Shown piece by piece: positions 53,260 to 61,101 of a stretch of 64,000 nucleotides of DNA; within the stretch, counting starts at the first letter, position 1; every line of letters starts with the position of its first letter. The notes beneath the pieces are model-generated. The model did no database searches. It had not been told where the DNA came from and worked only from the letters and a program-made list of their open reading frames with translations. Source of the DNA: a virus; IMG/VR virus record IMGVR_UViG_3300018080_000105, positions 64,001-128,000 of that record, one strand, 5' to 3'. A program made the position numbers and the translations under genes.

Positions 53260-55107
53260 TTAGCTATCAGGCGTGAACAACATGTCCAGAATGCTCCGCA
53301 CCATCCGCCGATAGGCTTGGATGTAGCGGACTCTCCCCGTCGTAACATGCGGCTCAGGGATATACACAATCTCGCGAGTAGCCACCTCAAAATCCCGGTA
53401 CCACTCTTCCTTGTTCTCAGGCGTCAACAGTGGTTCGGGGCTGTTTCCGAAAGGAGAGGCCGCCCCGTAATTGCTGTGCTGACACAAGTGGTCTACGTAC
53501 GGCGTTACGTACGAATCCCGCGGCCCCTCCGGGTAGTCCTGCTCCGCCTGCCAAACCACGAACGCTCGCACAAATGGCAGCAACACATTGTGAAACTGCC
53601 GCGGGTAAATCGGCGTATCTCGCCGCCAGTCCCCGTCGATACCGTAATTGGCAGCGGTATCGCCCACGCCTGCTATAGAGAAGTATGTGGAGATGAACCG
53701 GCGAAAAGCAGACACTCCCGAAACAACCCGAGAATTTACGGCGTCATGTAGATTTTGCGACAACGCCAGTTCATGGAATGCCAGGCCGTCCTCGTCAGAT
53801 TGCGAAAGCATTTCATCCAGCATGGCATTCAGCAACCGATTACATACCCGCCCAGCGTTATCTACTTGCAATAGCTCAGCAGCAACCACAACCCCCGGGG
53901 CCAGGAATCGCTGCAACCAGAGGTACCAGGCCCCGCTTGTCGGGTCAGTCCCTTCTATACGCGGGTCTCCTCCTCCCGGCCACAATTGTTCGAGAGCAGG
54001 CCGCAATGTGTGGAACGCCCTTACCCCTTCCGCCGACGCACGCGCCTCCACATAAGACTGAAAATACGACAGAAAGCACTCGCCATCAGCGTAATACGTA
54101 TGCGTGACAAACAGCTCCAGACACGTATTCAACATACCCATCTGGTCTTCTGTCACTTCGTCCGCCTGTTGCCGGTAAGCGAACTCCAGGACCTGCATCA
54201 GCGCGTCTGCCCGCCACTCAATGAAATCTTCATTTTCCCAGTTTGGCGGCGGATTGTTACACTCACCATACATCGGAGCATCTGCGTGACTTGGAGAGCG
54301 GAGAGACGCGACAGGCCGGGCAGCCTCACGATCCACCATGTCATCGAACGCGTCCATTGCGGCTGCTCTCGCTTCCCTTTCCTGCGCTCGTTGCTCCTGT
54401 GCTGCCTGCAGTTCTTCAGCAACCCAATCCTGCGAAACAGGTTCCAGCCCATCACCTTCACGCTCAAACTGGCCCCAGTAATCACTCGCAGGAGTTGCGG
54501 CTGCCCCGGTTAGGGCCGTATGTGCCAACTCTGTCAGTTCTTCTGAAGACAGAATGTTCTGCGCGGCAAGCAGGGCCGCAGACACGACCAGAGATGCCTC
54601 TCGCCGTGTCTGCTCGTCCCCCTGTGTTAAGCCGTCCAAAACGAACTGCACCTCTTCAGGAATCTCTTCAGGCACAGGCTCCGGGGAATCCTCCGCCCCT
54701 TCAGTCATATCGAGGTGGCGTGTCACCTGCGACTGTCGACGATTATCCAACAGCTCCTGCGTCGTTTCCTCCAGCAGTTCTTTTTGAGCATCTGCCAGAT
54801 TCTTCTCGTCGATCTCCCGCCACTCTTCATGGTAGATAGTAGCATTGCCACCCGTTCCCAGGTCCCCGCCATACCGCCGCAGAAACTGGTGAGCCGTTTT
54901 CTCGCACTGAAACACAATAATCGGCGACCAGTTCAGCACCCCGGCGTCTGTGCGGATATCAGGATAAACGACCTGCCCCACCACCTCCCACTGCCCTGGT
55001 CCGATCGCTACCACCTTCAAACCCCAGACGTTGAGCACCTGGTACTGTGTAAGGCTTTGAACACGCAACCTGTACGGTTTCGGCGTCTCGAAGGACGGCG
55101 TCGTCAC
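53260..55107 (-). CDS. Large acidic hypothetical protein
   Basis: 615 aa, coupled to tmk. Confidence 0.7.
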   Translation of the reverse strand: MTTPSFETPKPYRLRVQSLTQYQVLNVWGLKVVAIGPGQWEVVGQVVYPDIRTDAGVLNWSPIIVFQCEKTAHQFLRRYGGDLGTGGNATIYHEEWREIDEKNLADAQKELLEETTQELLDNRRQSQVTRHLDMTEGAEDSPEPVPEEIPEEVQFVLDGLTQGDEQTRREASLVVSAALLAAQNILSSEELTELAHTALTGAAATPASDYWGQFEREGDGLEPVSQDWVAEELQAAQEQRAQEREARAAAMDAFDDMVDREAARPVASLRSPSHADAPMYGECNNPPPNWENEDFIEWRADALMQVLEFAYRQQADEVTEDQMGMLNTCLELFVTHTYYADGECFLSYFQSYVEARASAEGVRAFHTLRPALEQLWPGGGDPRIEGTDPTSGAWYLWLQRFLAPGVVVAAELLQVDNAGRVCNRLLNAMLDEMLSQSDEDGLAFHELALSQNLHDAVNSRVVSGVSAFRRFISTYFSIAGVGDTAANYGIDGDWRRDTPIYPRQFHNVLLPFVRAFVVWQAEQDYPEGPRDSYVTPYVDHLCQHSNYGAASPFGNSPEPLLTPENKEEWYRDFEVATREIVYIPEPHVTTGRVRYIQAYRRMVRSILDMLFTPDS

Positions 55108-55748
55108 GCAAATGCTCCCTGCAACAACTCGTTGAAGCGCTCATTTTCCTGACACACCTCCAGCACTTTGTGGCTGACGATTTGTACGTCCTGGCTGGCG
55201 TCAACCGTCTCGTAGTGCAACGAATCAGCCCAGACCTGATAGCCCTCAGAAATCCCTTTGTGCCAATCTTCCCCGCGGCTCTCAAAGCGATCCTGTTTCA
55301 GCGTGGCGCCCCGCTGCGATGCTTTCCTCGCCATCTTGGTCTCGTGATCCAGGTGCAGGTAGATCGAGATATCGGGCTCCAGGGCAGGCTGACACTGCTC
55401 AATGAACTCGCTGTCCACGCCACCCATGTGACACTGGTACACATACGTCGACAGATCCCAGCGTGTCCCGATGACAATGGTGTTCTGTAACAGCAAATCA
55501 TTGACGTGCCGAGCCAGCGAGTGGCGAGCGGCCGAATAGAGCATCACCTGCTCAATAGGCTCACACGCAATGTTGGCGTCCACCACCAGTCGTCGACAAC
55601 CCTGGCCCAACGGGGTCGTACCGGGATCTTCTACCTGCGCTACCTCGCCACCCATGCCCTGCAGAAAATCATGCAGTCGCGTTGCGATCGTCGTCTTACC
55701 ACATCCGTCACCGCCTTCCAGGACGATGAACACACCTCTGTCAGTCAT
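55104..55748 (-). CDS. tmk: Thymidylate kinase
   Basis: FIVLEGGDGCGKTT P-loop, EDPG, RWDLSTYVYQ, PDISIYL; GGAGA SD before ATG 55748. Confidence 0.92.
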   Translation of the reverse strand: MTDRGVFIVLEGGDGCGKTTIATRLHDFLQGMGGEVAQVEDPGTTPLGQGCRRLVVDANIACEPIEQVMLYSAARHSLARHVNDLLLQNTIVIGTRWDLSTYVYQCHMGGVDSEFIEQCQPALEPDISIYLHLDHETKMARKASQRGATLKQDRFESRGEDWHKGISEGYQVWADSLHYETVDASQDVQIVSHKVLEVCQENERFNELLQGAFA

Positions 55749-55762
55749 TGGTTTCTCCAATC

Positions 55763-55775
55763 GGTAAATAAGAAC
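55763..55775 (+). promoter_or_regulatory. Dispersed 13-mer GGTAAATAAGAAC, copy 7
   Basis: Exact copy, immediately followed by an 11-bp hairpin (55775-55804). Confidence 0.7.
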
Positions 55776-55897
55776 GGCCGGCACCCGGTGTCAGGTGCCG
55801 GCCGCGGGTCTGCGCCGTCCGTGGATTGTTCATCCTGAAAAAGTCAGTCTCCGTTCCGACCACCGCCACGGCCGTGTGGCGGGCTACAGGGGGAATG

Positions 55898-56236
55898 CTA
55901 CCCCGTAGATTCAACTGCGTCCATCATCGAACGAAATGCCTCAAACTCTTTTCGAGGCAGCTCAAAAATCGGTGACCCACTCAGCGTCGTCACCATAATC
56001 CCATCATCCGTGCTTTCGAGTTTCCTGTTGGTAAGCGAACACTCATGCGTGGCCATGCTGATAGACGGGACATGCTGCTCCGCCACTTTAACGCGGAACT
56101 GCTTATGAGGTGGAGCGAAGACAACCACAGTGTCTTGACGAACAGTAATGTCTTTCACGCCTTTGAGTTTACCAGTGGCCACCTGCCCGTGCAGGAAATC
56201 CGCCAGCTTCCGAACAAACTTGGTCGTGTCGAGCAT
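55898..56236 (-). CDS. Hypothetical protein
   Basis: Start set at MLDTTK. Confidence 0.5.
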   Translation of the reverse strand: MLDTTKFVRKLADFLHGQVATGKLKGVKDITVRQDTVVVFAPPHKQFRVKVAEQHVPSISMATHECSLTNRKLESTDDGIMVTTLSGSPIFELPRKEFEAFRSMMDAVESTG

Positions 56237-56243
56237 AATGCAC

Positions 56244-56735
56244 CTACGCTGTGATGATCCTGCGTACGTCGTGAAAGTAGATCCGGGCAATGCGATCATC
56301 AGACAGCCGCAGGTACACACCTTGCTCTCCCTGATGTTGGCTGCCCACGTACACGCCTTGCCACATGTGCCCTACGGCGTCGGTGACGCGGTATGTGTGT
56401 CCCTGGGTGAGTTGAGACATAGGCACCGAACGATAGTCGTGGGAGTCGTGAGTACCGCGGAGACGAAACCCTGTCAGGTCTCCAGTCTCATCCACCGTAG
56501 CCTCGATCATGCCATCTTCGCCCATCAAAGCCTGCAGCACGCCATTAACAAGGCCGAGAGCGCCAACAACCGGTTGATTCTGGCCGTCCAGTGTGCAGAT
56601 AACGTGTGGGTGTTCCAGCAGCTGCGTATTGCAGTTATGACGCAACCCAATGACTTTCATCATGGACTGCCAGTCAGCCTGCACAGCGAGGTTCAGAGAA
56701 TCAACTACTCGCTGAATGTCTGCTTGATCAACCAT
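56244..56735 (-). CDS. Hypothetical protein
   Basis: Operon order. Confidence 0.6.
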   Translation of the reverse strand: MVDQADIQRVVDSLNLAVQADWQSMMKVIGLRHNCNTQLLEHPHVICTLDGQNQPVVGALGLVNGVLQALMGEDGMIEATVDETGDLTGFRLRGTHDSHDYRSVPMSQLTQGHTYRVTDAVGHMWQGVYVGSQHQGEQGVYLRLSDDRIARIYFHDVRRIITA

Positions 56736-56985
56736 CGTCTACTTCCTGCGTGCCGGCTTCGTCCAGTATTTTCAACCCGCCTTTTGCGAGAGTCTCTCGA
56801 ATACGGAGTCCGTGTTGTTCAATCATAGACTCCGCAAGTGCCGTTGGGCGATCGTATGCCACAGGCAACTCTTCCAACGGCATCTGTATTGTTGCTATAC
56901 GGCCGTCCGACAGGAGAAACCGTGCGAATGTCTGAACAGCGTAGATACGCAGTGATTCGTTGTCAACTGTCTCGGCGTCAGACAT
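56728..56985 (-). CDS. Hypothetical protein
   Basis: Coupled. Confidence 0.5.
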   Translation of the reverse strand: MSDAETVDNESLRIYAVQTFARFLLSDGRIATIQMPLEELPVAYDRPTALAESMIEQHGLRIRETLAKGGLKILDEAGTQEVDDG

Positions 56986-57313
56986 CAAAAGTCCGCCCAG
57001 CCGCTGTGCGGCCATCGCCGTCGAGACCTGCGCGTTTACCCCGGCCCGCCATGCCTACGGCCCCGAAGTCATCTGTAACGCCTTCAGACTGGGTATTTAC
57101 TACCTGCAACGATGTACCATCCTGCAGGCGAACGCCCAGTCCACCGTGCAACGTGTCATGTGCGACGATTGCGTTCGTTGTAAGTGATTCCCGGGCGAAG
57201 TCGATGAATTCGTCCACAATCTTAACTTCGGCATCCAGGTGATTACGGGTGCGTCGCCACTCCCGTTTCAAATAGCCCAGCAAATCAACCGGGGTCGGAT
57301 TCTGATTCTCCAT
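56978..57313 (-). CDS. Hypothetical protein
   Basis: GGAGAG SD. Confidence 0.5.
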   Translation of the reverse strand: MENQNPTPVDLLGYLKREWRRTRNHLDAEVKIVDEFIDFARESLTTNAIVAHDTLHGGLGVRLQDGTSLQVVNTQSEGVTDDFGAVGMAGRGKRAGLDGDGRTAAGRTFDV

Positions 57314-57557
57314 CTGCACTCTCCATATCTTCCAGCACCCGCCTGAGATCAAGGGGGTCTGCATGTTCTGCTGTCGTATGCACCGCCAAGCCGAATACTC
57401 CCCGTTTTTCAGGAGTGATCATCAGCATTTTGCAGGCGGCAGCGACGTCATGTTCGACGTCAACTGCCTTCACTGCGTCCATCACGGCCACCGAAAGGGC
57501 AACCAGTGTCTTCTCGTTCTCGGTCACGTCAGACTCCAAGGAATTCAGCCACCGCAT
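57285..57557 (-). CDS. Hypothetical protein
   Basis: Operon order; start uncertain. Confidence 0.45.
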   Translation of the reverse strand: MRWLNSLESDVTENEKTLVALSVAVMDAVKAVDVEHDVAAACKMLMITPEKRGVFGLAVHTTAEHADPLDLRRVLEDMESADGESESDPG

Positions 57558-58689
57558 CAGCTGGCTCGCCGGCTTTATGGGCCAGGTCTGTCAGCCGTTC
57601 TCGCGGAAACGGTAAGCCACCAATCATCGCAAGGATCTTGATAGCGTCATCGCCGGCCGCGGGGTAAACACCAGGGAACACAACCGAGTCTTTGGGCGTG
57701 AGGATCCGGTTCATCATTTCGATGCCGTGATCGATCACGCCCGTTTTCACGGAATTTGGGCCGTCCCAGGCCGCTCCGCTAACCACGTAAATCATACCGG
57801 CCGTGGTACCCTTTGACAGGTCCACGCTGGCCAGCACGTTACGTTTCAGCTGGTCACGGATCGGAACGGAGATATCCGAAGGCTCATCCCATTTCTGCAC
57901 AGTAGTTGCCGCAAAGGCCACCACTCCGCTGTCCAGGATCTTGGCGAAGTCTGCCGGGTCAAATGTCGTCCCGCCTTCGTCCTCCGAATCTGTGCCCGCC
58001 AGACGATTGAACGTATGCAACAGCTTCGCTGTGCTCGCGTTCGATGCCGGCTTCTCATTGCGAGCAGCCACACGATCGCCATACAGCTCCACGAACCGCT
58101 CGTTGTCAATGAAGATAATCGGACTCAGGTTCAGGCCCGGCAGCTGACGCATGGAGTACAGCACGTTCTTGGCACTGCGCTGTCCCTCTGCGTTCTTGGG
58201 CATCGCCATGATGACACCCACACGATTTGGCTTCTTCTTGGCCCGCATGTACTGCTTGGCCACTTCCGCCGCTTTCGCATAAGCACCTGCACCCGTGCCG
58301 CCCGCCCCAGAAAGGCAGACAAACACGTGATCCACGTCATCGCCCCAACACCGCGAATACAGGTCGTAAATATCTTCGCCCTTGTCTTTCGCGATAGCTG
58401 CAGCGGCGGCCGGATCTTTGCCCACACCTTGCTGGTCACCAATGTCCAGCTTGGAAGCCTCGGGGAACGTCTTCAGCTCTGCCAGGTCAGCCACGGCTGT
58501 GTTGATCGCACAGATGCGGTTGTACCCGAGTTCCTTGAACGTGCTCACAATACGACCACCAGCCTGCCCCACGCCCACGAATGCGAACTTGAAACCAACC
58601 GGGTGATCAAAACTGTCAGGGATTGCGCTGGATGCTGGACTTTCCGGGCTCTCGGAAATATCTCCAATATCGAGTTCAAAGTCACTCAC
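57529..58689 (-). CDS. Tubulin/FtsZ-family GTPase (PhuZ/TubZ/CetZ-like)
   Basis: GVGQAGGRI (T1), AINTA, GVGKDP, SGAGGTGAG (signature loop), IDNE, DPADF (T7). Confidence 0.88.
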   Translation of the reverse strand: MSDFELDIGDISESPESPASSAIPDSFDHPVGFKFAFVGVGQAGGRIVSTFKELGYNRICAINTAVADLAELKTFPEASKLDIGDQQGVGKDPAAAAAIAKDKGEDIYDLYSRCWGDDVDHVFVCLSGAGGTGAGAYAKAAEVAKQYMRAKKKPNRVGVIMAMPKNAEGQRSAKNVLYSMRQLPGLNLSPIIFIDNERFVELYGDRVAARNEKPASNASTAKLLHTFNRLAGTDSEDEGGTTFDPADFAKILDSGVVAFAATTVQKWDEPSDISVPIRDQLKRNVLASVDLSKGTTAGMIYVVSGAAWDGPNSVKTGVIDHGIEMMNRILTPKDSVVFPGVYPAAGDDAIKILAMIGGLPFPRERLTDLAHKAGEPADAVAEFLGV

Positions 58690-59210
58690 TCTGCGCCTCC
58701 GTCGTCCTTCAGGTAATCTTCCGTGGCAATGATGTCATCGGCCTCTTGGTCGATCACTGCCTGTTCTTCCTCAGTCCGGGGCTCTTCTGCCGCCAACTGT
58801 GATTCTTCACCACCCGTAGTCGCCTCGGCGTCGATCTGAGACTGACCAATTTCATCATCGGTGACTTCCTCCTCTGCGGCAGCGAGATTCTCGATCTCGT
58901 CACAGACCACAGCATACAGCGTTTCGTCCTCTGAATAGAGTCGCTGCATCTCAGCGTCGTACTCTGCCCCGTCCAGCTCCATCATCTGGGCAGCTGCTGC
59001 TGCTGCCTGCTCACGAAGCTGCTCAGGCGTACGCGCCGGGGTTGGCGGCGTCTCGACCGCTGATTCAGTAGACTTCGCAGGGTCAGTTACCGTGGCGGCC
59101 TCGGCCGGCTCTTCGGTCTTAACTTGGCGAAATGTGGAAAGGCGGCCTGTCTGTGTGTTTTCTTCCTTCTCACGCAGGCGCTGGCGATATTCGATAGAAC
59201 TCATGGTCAC
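58686..59210 (-). CDS. Highly acidic hypothetical protein
   Basis: E/D/A-rich, coupled to the tubulin gene. Confidence 0.6.
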   Translation of the reverse strand: MTMSSIEYRQRLREKEENTQTGRLSTFRQVKTEEPAEAATVTDPAKSTESAVETPPTPARTPEQLREQAAAAAAQMMELDGAEYDAEMQRLYSEDETLYAVVCDEIENLAAAEEEVTDDEIGQSQIDAEATTGGEESQLAAEEPRTEEEQAVIDQEADDIIATEDYLKDDGGAE

Positions 59211-60271
59211 TCCTGTTCCTTCGACTTCTCGTCAAGTACGGAAGCCAACAAGTGGTCAAACTTCTTCTTCCGCTGCCTCGCGTCATCACAGATTGTGTTC
59301 TGCAGGCCTCGGACATATCCAGGTGAACGCAACATCCTGTAAAGAGCGTCGTCCAATCCGGCGTAATTCGGAGCAGCACACACCGCTCCAGCTTCGTTAA
59401 TGCTCTCGACACAGTCAACGCTGCACGAGTTGTCAGCCGTCAGTATCTCAGCTAAAGGCCGCAAATTGAAGCCTACAATGGGGGTTCCCATGTTGATCGA
59501 CGTGAGGCCGATCAACCCCAGGCTCTCGTGCAACGTGCACCATAGCGTTAAATCGTGATTCTGGAACAGTTGCAGGCGATCAAATTGATCCAGCCCTTTA
59601 GCCAGCCGCAGCTTATTTGGGTACCACCGCCGCAATCGTCGCAGATACCGAGAAAACACTGACGGAAGCGTACTGGACGAATAAGCCACTGTCACTCGCA
59701 AGTTTTTGTGTTGCTGTAATCGCTTCTCCAGTAACGGCAGAATGCCGGGGTCAATCCTGCGAATGTTACCATCCCACCACGGCAGCAGCACGTGCAGCGG
59801 CTCCACCAAATGATTGGGTGGCTTCTTACATACAGGGAAACCCGCCTCCCAAGGCACATATCGAGCATGTCGCATGCCTGCTGCGAACATCACCTCGAAG
59901 ACGTCACGGGTCGGGGCCAGTACGTTGTGAGCCAGCGCCGCTGTGTCCAGATCCCGAAAATGAATCGTATTCATCATCAACAACACGGAAGTCTTAGCGC
60001 CCTGCGATCGCACATAACGGATCTGCTCGGGATGCGGAATCGTCGTCCACACGACGTGCTCAACGTCTTTGCACCAATCCGTGAATTTCCCCTGCACAAC
60101 CTGGGCATCCCACTCTGGAGTTATATCGCGTTTATCCGTTGACGGGGTAAACAAGCTATAACTGTGCCCGTGATCTTTGGCCCACTGCGCGATACGGAGG
60201 CCAGCGTACGTCGCCTCGTGGTGACTGTAGCGAGTACAGATGCCAACCTTCGTCGTCCGTGGTAGATCCAC
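59207..60271 (-). CDS. Glycosyltransferase family 4-like (GT-B)
   Basis: HESLGLIGLTSINMGTPIVGFN..PLAEIL; start set at GTG 60271. Confidence 0.65.
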   Translation of the reverse strand: MDLPRTTKVGICTRYSHHEATYAGLRIAQWAKDHGHSYSLFTPSTDKRDITPEWDAQVVQGKFTDWCKDVEHVVWTTIPHPEQIRYVRSQGAKTSVLLMMNTIHFRDLDTAALAHNVLAPTRDVFEVMFAAGMRHARYVPWEAGFPVCKKPPNHLVEPLHVLLPWWDGNIRRIDPGILPLLEKRLQQHKNLRVTVAYSSSTLPSVFSRYLRRLRRWYPNKLRLAKGLDQFDRLQLFQNHDLTLWCTLHESLGLIGLTSINMGTPIVGFNLRPLAEILTADNSCSVDCVESINEAGAVCAAPNYAGLDDALYRMLRSPGYVRGLQNTICDDARQRKKKFDHLLASVLDEKSKEQE

Positions 60272-60276
60272 GTTGG

Positions 60277-61101
60277 TCACGGGAATTTCCGTACAGCAGG
60301 AGCGATCACATACGGCGGGTGGGAATGATAACCCACGCGGCCTTTTTGGTGCCGATGCCATGACAGTTTCGGGCGAACTCGGGACTTGATCCCGATATGT
60401 TGCCCGACAAACGGCGTAACACAACCGACAAATAGTCCTTGGCGCTTCGCTGCGTGGCAAAGCGTATCATCAAACTTTTGTCGCTTCTTGTGCTCTCGTG
60501 CAAAGTATTTGTCATGCAATCGTGCCCAGCCTTCCCGGCTAATGAATAGGCACTGTGCAGTGATCCCGGATTCTACCGAGCGTTGATTCTTGTGAAACTT
60601 GAACGTGCTGTTCAATTTCATGCCGGCCATCACGCCTACCGGACGCTCACTGTGGTCATTGCGTCTCTCTACAGAGGCCAGCAGGCGAATCAACCAATTC
60701 TCTTTGAAAACAAAGTCATCCTGCAGCAGCACTACACCCTCGGCATCTGGTGCCTGATTGAACAACGCACGCACGGCGAGACAGGATGCCTGGACAACCC
60801 CGAGGGATTCCCCGTCGGACAGCCGCACGATGGGCACCTTACCGTGGATTCCTTTGGGCTGAACAGGCGGATCAGTGAGGATATCCAGTCCCAGATTTTT
60901 CCACTTGGGACCGGTGGGCCATGGCAACTCACAGTCAATCTCCTCGTTGGTCTCGTAATACCGCCGGGTGATTTCCTTCTTGCTGCAATCATCAAAAATC
61001 GTCAGTCGCGTATCTGCAGGCAACTCCGTCGCAGACAATGAGCGCAAAGTCGCGTCCAGGTATGTGACGCGATCCTGTGTCAGAATACCAATCGGAACCA
61101 T
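60277..61101 (-). CDS. GT-A-fold glycosyltransferase-like
   Basis: YLDATLRSL, VVLLQDDFVF, FDD, VGQHIG. Confidence 0.55.
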   Translation of the reverse strand: MVPIGILTQDRVTYLDATLRSLSATELPADTRLTIFDDCSKKEITRRYYETNEEIDCELPWPTGPKWKNLGLDILTDPPVQPKGIHGKVPIVRLSDGESLGVVQASCLAVRALFNQAPDAEGVVLLQDDFVFKENWLIRLLASVERRNDHSERPVGVMAGMKLNSTFKFHKNQRSVESGITAQCLFISREGWARLHDKYFAREHKKRQKFDDTLCHAAKRQGLFVGCVTPFVGQHIGIKSRVRPKLSWHRHQKGRVGYHSHPPYVIAPAVRKFP

